A DNA stretch of 64,000 bases from an uncultured Pelagibacteraceae bacterium (GCA_902591025.1 CACIZB010000004.1:9742-73741); one strand, 5' to 3'. Positions 33,734 to 49,145 are shown, numbered from the stretch's first letter. The notes: generated by a model from the sequence alone, not told the origin. Made by a program: numbers and translations.

Positions 33734-35269
33734 ATGGAAATAAATCCTTCAGAAGTTACAAAGATACTTAAAGAGCAAATTAAAAATTTTGGTGATAAAG
33801 CTGAGGTGACAGAAGTAGGGCAAGTTTTATCTGTAGGAGATGGTATTGCAAGAATTTATGGTCTAGATAACGTACAAGCCGGAGAGATGGTAGAGTTCGC
33901 AGATGGATCTAAAGGAATGGCTCTTAATTTAGAAAGTGAAAATGTTGGAGTTGTAATTTTTGGTGATGATAGAAATATAAAGGAGGGTGACGTAGTAAAA
34001 AGGACTGGTAATATCGTTGATACTCCTGTCGGCAAAGAATTATTAGGACGGGTAGTCGATGGTTTAGGCAATCCTATTGATGGAAAAGGATCATTTAGCA
34101 AAAGTGTTAAGAAAACTAGAGTAGAGGTAAAAGCACCAGGCATTATTCCTCGACAATCAGTTAGCGAACCGATGCAAACTGGATTGAAATCAATCGATAG
34201 TCTAGTTCCTATTGGAAGAGGTCAGAGAGAATTAATTATAGGAGACAGGCAAACAGGGAAAACAGCAGTTGCAGTAGATGCAATAATTAATCAAAAAAAA
34301 ATAAATGAGTCTGGTGACGAAAAACAAAAATTATATTGCATATATGTTGCGGTTGGACAAAAGAGATCAACTGTGAGACAAATTCAAAAAACATTGGAGG
34401 AAGCAGGAGCAATGGAATATACGACTATTGTTGCTGCTACAGCCTCCGATTCTGCACCTTTACAATTTTTAGCACCTTATACCGGTTGTGCAATGGGTGA
34501 ATATTTTAGAGATAATGGAATGCATGCATTGATTATTTATGACGACTTGTCTAAGCAAGCTGTTGCGTATAGACAAATGTCTCTTCTATTAAGAAGGCCC
34601 CCAGGTCGTGAGGCATATCCTGGAGATGTATTTTATCTACATAGTAGATTACTCGAGAGAGCTGCAAAGTTAAGTGATGATCATGGTGGTGGATCACTAA
34701 CAGCACTTCCAATTATTGAAACTCAGGGTGGAGATGTATCTGCATTTATTCCTACTAATGTCATTTCAATCACGGATGGTCAAATTTTTTTAGAAACAGA
34801 ATTATTTAACCAAGGTATTAGACCAGCGATTAATGTTGGTTTGTCTGTTTCTAGAGTTGGATCATCAGCTCAAACAAAAGGTATGAAAAAAGTATCTGGC
34901 TCGATGAAGTTAGAGTTGGCACAATACAGAGAGATGGCAGCATTTGCTCAATTTGGATCCGACTTAGATGCGTCTACCCAGCAACTTTTAAATAGAGGTT
35001 CTAAATTGACTGAACTTTTAAAACAAAAACAATTTTCACCAATGACGGTCGCAGAGCAAGTGATATCTGTCTTTTGTGGTGTTAAAGGTTATCTTGATGA
35101 TATTGATCTAAAGGATGTTGCTGAATTTGAGAGTAAAATTATTGATAGATGTAAATCTGAAAAACCTGAAATAATTGAGTCAATTCAAAGTTCTGGAAAG
35201 CTCGATGATGACAAAGAAAAAATGCTTGTAGAGGTAATTACACGACTGAAAGGAACCTTTAAATCTTAA
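33734..35269 (+). CDS. atpA: F1 ATP synthase alpha subunit
   Basis: [21 protein letters not shown]. Confidence 0.99.
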   Translation: MEINPSEVTKILKEQIKNFGDKAEVTEVGQVLSVGDGIARIYGLDNVQAGEMVEFADGSKGMALNLESENVGVVIFGDDRNIKEGDVVKRTGNIVDTPVGKELLGRVVDGLGNPIDGKGSFSKSVKKTRVEVKAPGIIPRQSVSEPMQTGLKSIDSLVPIGRGQRELIIGDRQTGKTAVAVDAIINQKKINESGDEKQKLYCIYVAVGQKRSTVRQIQKTLEEAGAMEYTTIVAATASDSAPLQFLAPYTGCAMGEYFRDNGMHALIIYDDLSKQAVAYRQMSLLLRRPPGREAYPGDVFYLHSRLLERAAKLSDDHGGGSLTALPIIETQGGDVSAFIPTNVISITDGQIFLETELFNQGIRPAINVGLSVSRVGSSAQTKGMKKVSGSMKLELAQYREMAAFAQFGSDLDASTQQLLNRGSKLTELLKQKQFSPMTVAEQVISVFCGVKGYLDDIDLKDVAEFESKIIDRCKSEKPEIIESIQSSGKLDDDKEKMLVEVITRLKGTFKS

Positions 35270-35273
35270 TTAT

Positions 35274-37566
<2,293 letters not shown>

Positions 37567-37567
<1 letters not shown>

Positions 37568-37959
37568 TGAGCCAAGAATATAAAATAGATATAGTCAATC
37601 CTGAGAAATCATTCTTATCAAAAGATGATGTCACAGAGGTAGTTGTTCCAGCGTTTGAGGGTGAGATGGGAATACTTAAAGATCATATTTCCATAATCTC
37701 ATTTTTGAAACCAGGTATAATTACAATTTATTCAAAAACAGGTGAAGATAAGTTTTTTGTAGAAGATGGAATTATAGAATTTAAAGATAATGTTTTGTCT
37801 ATTTTGACTAGCTCTATTATAAATTTGAAAGAGATGGAAAAAAATAAGATACAAAATCTACTTAAGAAGGCTGAGGAAGATGCAGGGTCTATAGGAATAA
37901 GCGATCAATCAAAATATTTGATTGATCAAAAAATTGAGGTTTTGAGATCTCTTAATTAA
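37567..37959 (+). CDS. atpC: F1 ATP synthase epsilon subunit
   Basis: IV.PE..., P..EGEMGIL..H. Last gene of the atp operon. Confidence 0.93.
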
Positions 37960-38428
37960 TAATTTTTTTTATTTTTTCTTTTAACTCCTCATAAACATGT
38001 AATTTAAAATCCACCACTACTGTAGTAATCATTTCCAGATCTATCCACTTCCATTCGAGAAATTCAGGTTTAGATGTCTTAATATTTATATCCTCATCTT
38101 TTCCCAAATACCGCATTAAAAACCATTTCTGTTTTTGTCCCTTATACTTGCCTTTCCATATAATACCCAACAAATGTTCTGGTAACTCATAAGTTATGGT
38201 ACCTTCAATTTCTTTTACTAATTCTACTTTATTAATACTTGTTTCTTCTTCGAGCTCCCTATAAGCAGCACTTAATAGATCTTCGCCTTTATCGACACCT
38301 CCTTGAGGCATTTGCCAAAAATTTTTAGGATTATCAATTCTTCTAGCAACAAAAACTTTGTTTTCCTTATTCAAAACTATAATACCCACCCCATCTCTAA
38401 GAGGTAGTTTTTTAAATTTTTCTTCCAT
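37952..38428 (-). CDS. rppH: RNA pyrophosphohydrolase (Nudix)
   Basis: WQMPQGGVDKGE....AAYRELEEET and GQKQKWF. Confidence 0.93.
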   Translation of the reverse strand: MEEKFKKLPLRDGVGIIVLNKENKVFVARRIDNPKNFWQMPQGGVDKGEDLLSAAYRELEEETSINKVELVKEIEGTITYELPEHLLGIIWKGKYKGQKQKWFLMRYLGKDEDINIKTSKPEFLEWKWIDLEMITTVVVDFKLHVYEELKEKIKKIIN

Positions 38429-38429
38429 C

Positions 38430-39566
38430 TTAACTATTTAGTAACTTGAGAGCGTAATTTAATTGATTATCTGTATCTGTTTTTATTTGAAAATCATCCG
38501 ACTCTTCATCTATTTCAATATCTGGTGATACTCCAACCTCAGATATTGATTTACCAGAAGGTAAATAATATTTAGCAACAGTTAATCTTATTGCTCCATC
38601 ATTTTTTAAAGGTATTATTGACTGAACTGACCCTTTTCCAAAACTATTTTCTCCTATTAAGATCGCTCTTTTATGATCTTTTAAAGCCCCAGCAACTATT
38701 TCTGATGCTGATGCAGAGCCATAATTTATCATCACAATTAAAGTTTTACCTTTGGTCAAGTCACCCTCTTTTGCAAACCACTTTTTATTTTCAGAAGCTT
38801 TTCTACTTTTCGTAGAAACAATCTCACCATTATCTAAAAAATAGTCAGTTATCCTAATTGCTTGAGAAAGCAAACCACCAGGATTATTTCGTAAATCTAA
38901 AATATATGCTTTTACTTTTTTTTTATTTTCTAATTCTTTAATCTTTTCTTTTATTTGTTCTCCGCTATTTTCATTAAAAGAGGTTAATCTTATGTAGCCA
39001 ACATTTTTTTCTAACACATCTACTTTAACGGATTGTATTTCAATTATTTCTCTGACTATAATAAAATTTAGAGCTTTTTTTTCTCCTCTTCGTCTAATTG
39101 TGAGCTCAATGCTAGTGCCCACTGGACCTCTCATTAATTCAACAGCCTCACTTAAAGATTTTCCTTGAACTTGTGTGTTATTAATTTTTACAATGTAATC
39201 TCCTGCTTTAATACCTGCTCTAGAAGCTGGAGTATCGTCTATCGGAGAAATTACTTTAACAACACCAGACTCCATACTTACTTCTATTCCTAAACCACCA
39301 AATTCACCGCTAGTTTCTGTTTGCATCTCATTAAATATTTTTGGTGACATGTAAGCTGAATACGGATCTAGGGATTGTAATAAACCATTTATTGCAGAGT
39401 CCATACTTTCTGATTGATTTATATCATCAACATATTCTTTATTGATTTTTTCAAGAACCTCACCGAACAAATCAATTTTTTTATAAATATCATTTTCTGA
39501 TGAGTAAACAGTAGGTATGTAAAAAATTAGTACTGAAAAAAAAATTATAAGACTTTTCCTTGTCAT
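38430..39566 (-). CDS. ctpA: Carboxy-terminal processing protease (S41)
   Basis: PDZ motif GGLGIEV, DLRNNPGG, SASASEIVAGAL, GKGSVQ. The likely start MTRK at 39566 overlaps the rsfS stop (ATGA). Confidence 0.93.
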   Translation of the reverse strand: MTRKSLIIFFSVLIFYIPTVYSSENDIYKKIDLFGEVLEKINKEYVDDINQSESMDSAINGLLQSLDPYSAYMSPKIFNEMQTETSGEFGGLGIEVSMESGVVKVISPIDDTPASRAGIKAGDYIVKINNTQVQGKSLSEAVELMRGPVGTSIELTIRRRGEKKALNFIIVREIIEIQSVKVDVLEKNVGYIRLTSFNENSGEQIKEKIKELENKKKVKAYILDLRNNPGGLLSQAIRITDYFLDNGEIVSTKSRKASENKKWFAKEGDLTKGKTLIVMINYGSASASEIVAGALKDHKRAILIGENSFGKGSVQSIIPLKNDGAIRLTVAKYYLPSGKSISEVGVSPDIEIDEESDDFQIKTDTDNQLNYALKLLNS

Positions 39567-39913
39567 ATGATTAATTTTTCTTTGGGAATCAATTCTGACC
39601 ACATTTTTTCAAGCTCATAAAACTTTCTTTTTTCTGGATGAAATATATGAATGATTAAATCTATACCATCAACTAATTTCCATTCATTACTGTCTTTACC
39701 CTCAATTTTTGAGTTTTTAACTCCACAATCTTTTAATTTTTCTAAAACTTGTTCAGATAGCGATTGAATATGTCGTGACGAAGTTCCGCTGGCTATAATC
39801 ATATAATCAGCCATTGAGCTCTTATCTTTTAGGTCAATACTAATAATGTTCTGGGCTTTATTTAAGTCTAGGGTTTTTATAACAATCTGTTTAAGATCCA
39901 AAATTTTATCCAT
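39563..39913 (-). CDS. rsfS: Ribosomal silencing factor RsfS (Iojap)
   Basis: KA..I..ID, DYMIIASGTS.RH, W.LVD, R.FYELEKMW. Confidence 0.95.
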   Translation of the reverse strand: MDKILDLKQIVIKTLDLNKAQNIISIDLKDKSSMADYMIIASGTSSRHIQSLSEQVLEKLKDCGVKNSKIEGKDSNEWKLVDGIDLIIHIFHPEKRKFYELEKMWSELIPKEKLII

Positions 39914-39930
39914 TGATTGTTAAAAGATTA

Positions 39931-40452
39931 TCAAATTTTTCTTAATTGAGAAGACGAAATATTGACTTTTTTAAATTTTATAAAAGTTAAATTATTCTTA
40001 TTTAGTCTTCTAAATGATGTTGAATTTAAAGATTTTTTTTTATATCCGTATCTATCGAAAACTATGATTTTGCATCTTTTTGAGATTTCTTTCCATTTAT
40101 ACCATCGATGAAAATTGATTAGATTATCTGCACCCATTAAAAAATAAATTTCGTTTTTTTTATTTCGATTAAGATAAAGGATAAGTTTATAGGTTTTATT
40201 TGATTTGATAACCTTTTCATAAAATTTAACTTCAATAAAACTATTTTTTCCTATGATTTTTTTACAGTATTTTACTCTATTGAAGATATAATTTTTACTT
40301 TGTTTTTTGAGCGGATTTTTTTCTGTAATAGCCCATATTACTTTTTTTAATTTAAATCTTCTAAAGGCATCTTTAGAAATAGCCAAGTGACCTTTATGCG
40401 CAGGATCAAAAGTACCACCAAGGACACCTATTCTTTTGTTTTTAAAATCCAA
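39931..40452 (-). CDS. nadD: Nicotinate-nucleotide adenylyltransferase
   Basis: GGTFDPAHKGH, MGADN, ISSSQLR. TTG start. Confidence 0.92.
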   Translation of the reverse strand: MDFKNKRIGVLGGTFDPAHKGHLAISKDAFRRFKLKKVIWAITEKNPLKKQSKNYIFNRVKYCKKIIGKNSFIEVKFYEKVIKSNKTYKLILYLNRNKKNEIYFLMGADNLINFHRWYKWKEISKRCKIIVFDRYGYKKKSLNSTSFRRLNKNNLTFIKFKKVNISSSQLRKI

Positions 40453-40453
40453 A

Positions 40454-41703
40454 TTATTTCCTTATTTTTCCGTTGCTTGATATTTGATATCTATAAGAAA
40501 CTAATTGTTTAAGCCCCACAGGCCCACGTGGTGGTAAAGTATTTGTTGAAATTCCAACTTCACCTCCAAAACCAAACTCACCTCCATCTGCAAATTGTGT
40601 TGAAGTATTATGCATGGCAATTGAACTTTTTACTCCATTAAGAAATTTTTTAGCAGATTTTTTATTTCGAGTGATTATACAATCAGTATGCATAGTACCA
40701 TATTTATTAATATGACTTATTGCATCATCTAAGTTTTTCACTGTTTTTACTGAAACAACTGAGGTTAAATATTCTTTAGACCAATCTTTTGTCGAAGCTT
40801 TATGCACATTACCATTATAAAATTTCATAATTTTGTTATCTCCAATAATTTTACATCCATTTTTCTCTAAATCATTTAAAATTGGATTAACAAACTTTTT
40901 AACTATTTTTTCGTGGAACAAGATTGTTTCAGTTGCTCCACAAATAGAGGTATTTCTCATTTTAGCATTATAAATTATTTTTTTTGACATTTTAAGACTT
41001 GCATCTTTATCTACATATGAATGACATACTCCTTCTAAATGTCCAATTGTTGGGATTGAGGACAATTCATGAACTTTCTTGACTAAGCTTTTCCCTCCCC
41101 TCGGAATAATCACATCAATAAATTTACTCATCTTAGTTAAGAGATAATCAACTACTGTTCTTTTTTTAATATCTATAAATTGTATAAAATTTTCATTTAC
41201 TTTATTCTTTTTCAGGGATTTTCTAAATAATTTTGAAAGTATAAGATTTGAGTAAAAAGCTTCAGAACCACCTTTTAAAATTACTGAATTACCAGATTTA
41301 AAACATAAGGAGGCAACATCTGAGGTAACATTGGGTCTACTTTCATAGATTACACCAATTACTCCAATTGGAATTGACACTTTTGAAATATTTAAACCGT
41401 TAGGTTGTTTCCATTTTTCTAAAACAACATTTGTTGGATCTTTTAATTTTATTATTTTTTTTATTGAATTAATAATTTCTAAAATTTTCTTGTCATTTAA
41501 AATCAATCTTTGAATCAAATTATTTTTTAGGTTTTTTTTGTAAGCATTCTTGACGTCTTTAATATTTTCTCGCAGGATTTTTCTTTTATTTTTTATAATT
41601 AAAAAAAGATAGTCTTTAAGCACTTTGTCTTTTTTTTTTGTAATAATTTGATTTGAAAATGCTTTTTTTGACTTCTCGCCGATATTTATTAATAAATTTC
41701 TCA

Positions 41704-41704
<1 letters not shown>
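40454..41704 (-). CDS. proA: Gamma-glutamyl phosphate reductase
   Basis: IYESRPNVT, IIPRGG, CGATET, FADGGEFGFG.EVGIST. Confidence 0.96.
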
Positions 41705-43807
<2,103 letters not shown>

Positions 43808-43810
43808 CTA

Positions 43811-44065
43811 TTAATTGGGTTTTACTGAAACAAAAGTTCTATCTGATTTGGTCTTTTTAAAAACTACTTTACCTTTTACAATTGAAAAAATTGAGTGATC
43901 TTTACCCATACCAACATTTTCTCCAGGAAATATTTTAGTACCCCTCTGTCTTACAATTATGTTTCCAGGTATAACGGTTTCACCACCATATTTTTTAACA
44001 CCTAATCTTCGACCAGCACTATCTCGTCCGTTTCTGGATGATCCACCTGCTTTTTTTGTAGCCAT
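43811..44065 (-). CDS. rpmA: 50S ribosomal protein L27
   Basis: [22 protein letters not shown]. Confidence 0.99.
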   Translation of the reverse strand: MATKKAGGSSRNGRDSAGRRLGVKKYGGETVIPGNIIVRQRGTKIFPGENVGMGKDHSIFSIVKGKVVFKKTKSDRTFVSVKPN

Positions 44066-44073
44066 AAATTTTC

Positions 44074-44472
44074 CTACTTACTTGCTTGTTTCTTAGTCAC
44101 TTCTTTTTTTGTAGTCTTAGAAATTTTTTCAGCTTCAGATAGTACTTTACCGTCCTTCGAAAAAATTTTGTTAATTCTGATCAATGAATATTCTTGCCTA
44201 TGTCCATTTTTTCTTCTTGAATTTTGTCTTCTTCTTTTTTTAAAAATAAGAACTGTTCTATTTTTGCTATTCTTAATTAAATTTGCCTCAACTTTTGAGC
44301 CTTGAATTATTGGTGTTCCAATTTCAATTATTTTGTCATCTCCATAAGCTAAAATATCTTTAAATTCTATTTTAGCATCAGGCTTAGAGTCTGGAAGTTT
44401 TTCAATTTTAATAATTTCTCCAGATTTCACTTTATACTGTTTTCCACCTGTTTGTATTACTGCATAAGACAT
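44074..44472 (-). CDS. rplU: 50S ribosomal protein L21 with about 30 aa C-terminal tail
   Basis: [13 protein letters not shown] and [16 protein letters not shown]. Confidence 0.98.
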   Translation of the reverse strand: MSYAVIQTGGKQYKVKSGEIIKIEKLPDSKPDAKIEFKDILAYGDDKIIEIGTPIIQGSKVEANLIKNSKNRTVLIFKKRRRQNSRRKNGHRQEYSLIRINKIFSKDGKVLSEAEKISKTTKKEVTKKQASK

Positions 44473-44497
44473 AATGATAATCTAATTTAATTATCGC

Positions 44498-44526
44498 AAT
44501 ATAATCTCAGCCTAATTTTAGTCAAG
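44498..44526 (-). promoter_or_regulatory. Putative sigma70 promoter of rplU-rpmA-obg
   Basis: The - strand reads cTTGACT-N16-TATATT about 25 nt upstream of the rplU ATG. Confidence 0.55.
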
Positions 44527-44535
44527 CTCTATAAG

Positions 44536-45255
44536 TTAAAAATTATCCTTTAATTCTCTAAGTTTTGTAAATGTCTGCAAATTTTTAGCCCTAAGAAATA
44601 TATTACATTCTAACTCTTCACTCAAAACTGTTGGCACTGTTGGTAGATTATCATTCAATTTTTTTTTAATATTTTTAATCTTATTCTTTAGTTTGGGATT
44701 TTTAGGATCGTGCTTAATGCAAAAATCAGAATTTTGGAGAGTATATTCATGTCCACAATAAATTTCTGTTTCCTTTGGGAGTTTTTTAAATTTACTGAGC
44801 GAATTAAACATTTCTTTAAAAGTTCCTTCAAAAATCCTTCCACATCCAAGTGAAAAAAGTGTATCACCAGTAAAAATTTTTTTTTCATTAAAAAAATGAA
44901 ATGCAATATGTCCGCTTGTATGTCCGGGGGTATGGTAAATTTTAGCTTCGAAATTGTCCGCTTTCCATATTTCATTATCTCTTACAAAAATATCAATTTT
45001 AGGGATACGATTTTTATCCTCTTCAAAAGCAACAATTTTGGAACCATATTTATTTTTTAGCTCTAAATTCCCATTTATGTGGTCATAATGATGATGAGTA
45101 TTAAGAATGTATTTTAATTTTAATCCATTGCTCTCTAAGAAATCAATTATTGGAAAAGACTCACCAGGGTCAACCACACATGCATTATTATTACTTTCAT
45201 CAATTATAATATAACTATAGTTATCCTGGAGGCATTTTATAATCTCAGTTTTCAT
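44536..45255 (-). CDS. gloB: Hydroxyacylglutathione hydrolase (glyoxalase II)
   Basis: DNYSY, THHHYDH, TPGHT.GH, FTGDTLF..GCGR.FEG, CGHEYT. Confidence 0.95.
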   Translation of the reverse strand: MKTEIIKCLQDNYSYIIIDESNNNACVVDPGESFPIIDFLESNGLKLKYILNTHHHYDHINGNLELKNKYGSKIVAFEEDKNRIPKIDIFVRDNEIWKADNFEAKIYHTPGHTSGHIAFHFFNEKKIFTGDTLFSLGCGRIFEGTFKEMFNSLSKFKKLPKETEIYCGHEYTLQNSDFCIKHDPKNPKLKNKIKNIKKKLNDNLPTVPTVLSEELECNIFLRAKNLQTFTKLRELKDNF

Positions 45256-45853
45256 TTGATTTCTCAATTAAAAATATTCCCAACTCAGAAAATAAATTTT
45301 TTGTAAGTAAATTCGAATTATTTATATTAGATACGTTATTATTTATTAGTGCTAAAGATTTAAAAATCTTAAAATCAATTGTCTCAGAAAATTTAAAAAA
45401 ATCCTTAATAGTACACATGTGAATATTAGGTGTATTATACCATTCATTTGGCAGTGCTTTAGTAACTGGCATAGTACCTTTGAATAATAAGTTTAATCGA
45501 ACTTTCCAATGACCAAAATTTGGAATAGTAACAATGGCTTTTTTACCAACTCTTAATAGTTCTTTAATGACTATCTCTGGATTAACAAAAGCTTGCAAGG
45601 TTTGACCAAGAACTACATAATCAAAAGACTTATTTGGAAATTGTTTTAGATCAAGTTCAGCGTTTCCTTCTAAAACTGTTAGTCCTTTTGAAATACAAGT
45701 TTGAACTTTTTCTTTTGATATCTCGATCCCTCTTATATCAACATCTTTGTTTTGTTTAAGATATTCCATCAAAGCCCCGTCGTCACATCCAACATCTAAC
45801 ACCCTTGAATTTTTATCTATGATGTCAGAAATTATTTTATATTCGGTTTTCAT
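45245..45853 (-). CDS. metW: Methionine biosynthesis protein MetW
   Basis: VLDVGC.DG, QTLQA, PNFGHW, W.NTPNIH..TIKDF. Adjacent to metX. Confidence 0.94.
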   Translation of the reverse strand: MKTEYKIISDIIDKNSRVLDVGCDDGALMEYLKQNKDVDIRGIEISKEKVQTCISKGLTVLEGNAELDLKQFPNKSFDYVVLGQTLQAFVNPEIVIKELLRVGKKAIVTIPNFGHWKVRLNLLFKGTMPVTKALPNEWYNTPNIHMCTIKDFFKFSETIDFKIFKSLALINNNVSNINNSNLLTKNLFSELGIFLIEKSNEN

Positions 45854-45858
45854 GAGAT

Positions 45859-46974
45859 TTATTCAATGTAAGATTTGTCTAAAAAGTTTTTAAGTGTTTT
45901 TAAAAAATCAGGGACATTTAACAGAAAGGAATCATGACCTTTATCTGTATCAATTTCTACAAAACCAACATCTGCTCCAACAGCATTTAAAGCGATGACT
46001 ATATCCTTATTTTCTTGAGTTGGATAAAGCCAGTCAGAAGTAAATGATATTACAAAGAACTTAACTTTTGAATTCTTAAATGCGTCAGAAAGATTTCCAT
46101 CAAACTGCTTAACCAAATCAAAGTAATCCATTGCTCTAGTTATATAAAGATAACTATTAGCATCGAACCTATCAACAAAGACGGAACCTTGATATCTCAG
46201 ATAACTCTCAATTTGAAAGTCAGCATCAAAACCAAATTTAAGAGCATCTCTTTCTTGTAATTTTCTTCCAAATTTTTCTTGAAGACCTTTTTTAGACAAA
46301 TATGTAATGTGAGCAGCCATTCTTGCAACAGCCAAACCTTTGTCAGGAACAGTTTTGTTTGAAGAATATTTTCCATCAGACCAATTATGATCGGCAGTAA
46401 TCGCTTGCCTTCCAAGTTCATTGAATGCTATATTTTGAGCTGAATGGCTAGACGTACAGGCTATAGGAACAGCTGTTTTTGCTTTTTCTGGAAAATTACT
46501 TACAAACTGTAAAACTTGCATTCCACCCATTGAACCTCCCACAACGGAAAACAGTTTTTTAATTCCAAAATAATCTAATAAATTTACCTGAGCATTAACA
46601 ATATCATTGATAGTGATAACAGGAAAATCTGTGCCATATATTTTTTGTGTCTCTGGATTAATATGGCTAGGGCCAAAAGATCCCATACACCCTCCAATTA
46701 CATTCGCACAAATTACAAAATATTTATTTGTATCAATTGATTTGTTTGGACCTACTGCATAAGACCACCATCCATCCTTTTTTGTAACTGGATTTATTCC
46801 CGTAACAAATTGATCACCAGTTAATGCGTGACAGACTAAAATTGCATTGTCTTTTTTTTCATTAAGTGAGCCGTATGTTTCATAGGCTAGCGGGAAATTA
46901 TTTATGGTTTTACCACAATCCAGCTTCAATGGTTTTTCAATTAAAATCGTTTTTATATTATTTAAATTGTCCAT
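45859..46974 (-). CDS. metX: Homoserine O-acyltransferase (O-acetyl type)
   Basis: CHALTGD, NVIGGC.GS, GGSMGGMQ, GHDSFLL. Confidence 0.95.
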   Translation of the reverse strand: MDNLNNIKTILIEKPLKLDCGKTINNFPLAYETYGSLNEKKDNAILVCHALTGDQFVTGINPVTKKDGWWSYAVGPNKSIDTNKYFVICANVIGGCMGSFGPSHINPETQKIYGTDFPVITINDIVNAQVNLLDYFGIKKLFSVVGGSMGGMQVLQFVSNFPEKAKTAVPIACTSSHSAQNIAFNELGRQAITADHNWSDGKYSSNKTVPDKGLAVARMAAHITYLSKKGLQEKFGRKLQERDALKFGFDADFQIESYLRYQGSVFVDRFDANSYLYITRAMDYFDLVKQFDGNLSDAFKNSKVKFFVISFTSDWLYPTQENKDIVIALNAVGADVGFVEIDTDKGHDSFLLNVPDFLKTLKNFLDKSYIE

Positions 46975-47009
46975 AATTGAGGCTAATCAACGAATTGTGA
47001 GAAAAAAAA

Positions 47010-47060
47010 CTTTTTTAGCGGTTTTTTTAAAGCGCTCGCAATTCAGTTAAATCAGCGCAT
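47010..47060 (-). ncRNA. SAM-II (SAM-alpha) riboswitch in the metX leader
   Basis: The - strand reads GCGCUGAUUUAACUGAAUUGCGAGCGCUUUAAAAAAACCGCUAAAAAAG. It has the P1 stem gcgcu/agcgc, the conserved GAUUUAAC and the 3' GCUAAA, matching the SAM-II consensus, and lies upstream of metX. Confidence 0.9.
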
Positions 47061-47064
47061 AAAT

Positions 47065-47093
47065 TTTGTACAAGATGTTATTTAGTATGTCAA
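47065..47093 (-). promoter_or_regulatory. Putative sigma70 promoter of the SAM-II-metXW transcript
   Basis: The - strand reads TTGACA-N17-TACAAA, which puts the predicted TSS at the 5' end of the riboswitch. Confidence 0.65.
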
Positions 47094-47166
47094 ATTTAAA
47101 AATATTTTAACTAATACTATATGAATAATTGTTATTTTATTTATAAAGAGCCTTAATTTAAAAAAA

Positions 47167-48252
47167 ATGACAACTGTAAGATTCAAAAAATTAGATATAG
47201 AGGTCTATGAACCCGGGAAATCTATTATTAAGAAAATAAAAAAGATTACAAAGCTATCTGCAAATGAGTCTGCTTTAGGAATAAGCCCTAAGGCAAAAAA
47301 AGTATTATCTAATAAAAAATTAAATTTCTCTAGGTATCCAGATAGCCAGTCAAAAAGGTTAAAGAAACAAATATCAATTAAATTTAAATGTAACAAAGAT
47401 AAGATTATCTGTGGTGCTGGTTCTGATGAAGTTATACAAATGTTGTGTCAACTTTTTTTGAGTCCGAAAGACGAAGTAATAGTTCCACAGTTTAGTTTTT
47501 TAATGTACAGAATTTATGCAAAAATAGTTGGAGCTAAAGTTGTTTTTTCAAATGAGAAAGATTATAAAATATCAATTTCTGAGATCTTGAAGAAAGTAAC
47601 TAAAAGAACAAAAATAGTTTTCTTAGCTAACCCAAATAATCCAACAGGAACATATCTCAACAAACTTGAGATTATTGAATTAAGAAAAAAGTTGAGAAAA
47701 AATATTCTTTTAGTCATTGATGATGCTTACGCAGAATACATGAAAAACCCAGACTATAAATCAGGTTTAGAATTATTTAGGAATAAAAATAATGTTTTTA
47801 TTTTAAGAACATTTTCAAAAATATATGGTCTCGCTTCTTTAAGAATAGGTTGGGGTTATGGTGATAAGAAGATAATCAACGCTTTGAGTCAAATTAAGCC
47901 ACCATTTAATATAAATGAGGTTGCGCAATTAGCAGCTGAAGAGTCTTTAAAAGACACAAAGTTTATATCTCGTTCAGTCAAACATAATAGGAAATATGCA
48001 AAAAAATTAAAGGAGTTTTTGGAAAAATACAATATTGGATCAAACAAAGTTTCAGCAAATTTTTTATTGTTAGATTTTTCTAAGTGCAAATTAAAAGCAA
48101 AACAATTTTATGAAAAACTTAAAAAAAAAGGAATTATTTTAAGATCAACAGAGTATGGTTACAAAATTAAAAATATGTTGAGATTAACGATTGGTTCAAC
48201 AGCGGATTGCCAAAAGTTTATTCGTGCAGTAGAAGGAATATTTAGTAAATGA
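47167..48252 (+). CDS. hisC: Histidinol-phosphate aminotransferase
   Basis: KLSANE, RYPD, GAGSDE, NPNNPTG, RTFSKIYGLASLRIG. Confidence 0.94.
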   Translation: MTTVRFKKLDIEVYEPGKSIIKKIKKITKLSANESALGISPKAKKVLSNKKLNFSRYPDSQSKRLKKQISIKFKCNKDKIICGAGSDEVIQMLCQLFLSPKDEVIVPQFSFLMYRIYAKIVGAKVVFSNEKDYKISISEILKKVTKRTKIVFLANPNNPTGTYLNKLEIIELRKKLRKNILLVIDDAYAEYMKNPDYKSGLELFRNKNNVFILRTFSKIYGLASLRIGWGYGDKKIINALSQIKPPFNINEVAQLAAEESLKDTKFISRSVKHNRKYAKKLKEFLEKYNIGSNKVSANFLLLDFSKCKLKAKQFYEKLKKKGIILRSTEYGYKIKNMLRLTIGSTADCQKFIRAVEGIFSK

Positions 48253-49145
48253 ATAATATATTAATTATTGGTTGTGGTTTATTAGGCTCATCTTTACTTA
48301 GAAGAATTCACAAAAAAAAAATAGTAAGTAAAATTTTCATTTATGAGAAATCAAAAAAAAGTATAAATAAGTTTAAAAAATTGAAGCTGCCAGGAACTCT
48401 CATTAAGAGACCTGAAGATGTTGTTTCCCAGTCAAAATTAATTATCATTTGTACACCAATGAGTGAATACAAAAAAATTATTCTAAGGATGAACAAAAGT
48501 TTTCAATCAAAAAATATTATAACAGACGTTGGTTCTTCAAAGCTTAAATCTCTTGAAATAGTTAATAAAAATTTAAAAAAAGGTATTTTTTGGAGTTCTA
48601 GTCATCCAATTGCCGGGTCCGAGGTAAGCGGGCCAGAGAATGGTAAACAAAATCTTTTTGAAAACAAATGGTGTGTTTTGATTAAAGGAAAAAGATCTAA
48701 TAAATCTCATTTAAAATTTCTAAAGTCTTTTTGGAATAAAATGGGTTCTAAAACAATTGAGATGACCCCAGACAAACATGATAAAATTTTCTCAATAACA
48801 AGTCATTTACCTCACTTGATCGCTTATAATTTAGTCAAGTCAGCACAAGATTTTGAAAAAAAACAAAAATATGATTTGCTGAAATACAGTGCTGGTGGTT
48901 TAAGAGACTTTTCAAGAATTGCTGCATCAAACGAAATCATGTGGAGAGACATTTTTTTTGATAATAGAACCAATATATCGAAAGCAATCAATTTATTTAT
49001 CAAAAATTTAAAATCTTTTAAAAGAGATATTTCATTGAAAAATAATAAGTCTATTCTTAAAAAATTGACTCAAACAAAAAAAGTTAGGTCAAAAATCATC
49101 CAACTTAAACAAGATATAAATAAGCCAGATTTTGGAAGAGATTAA
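48249..49145 (+). CDS. tyrA: Prephenate/cyclohexadienyl dehydrogenase
   Basis: GCGLLGSS, TDVGSSK, HPIAGSE.SG, HD....TSHLPH, RDFSRIAAS...MWRDI. Confidence 0.92.
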   Translation: MNNILIIGCGLLGSSLLRRIHKKKIVSKIFIYEKSKKSINKFKKLKLPGTLIKRPEDVVSQSKLIIICTPMSEYKKIILRMNKSFQSKNIITDVGSSKLKSLEIVNKNLKKGIFWSSSHPIAGSEVSGPENGKQNLFENKWCVLIKGKRSNKSHLKFLKSFWNKMGSKTIEMTPDKHDKIFSITSHLPHLIAYNLVKSAQDFEKKQKYDLLKYSAGGLRDFSRIAASNEIMWRDIFFDNRTNISKAINLFIKNLKSFKRDISLKNNKSILKKLTQTKKVRSKIIQLKQDINKPDFGRD

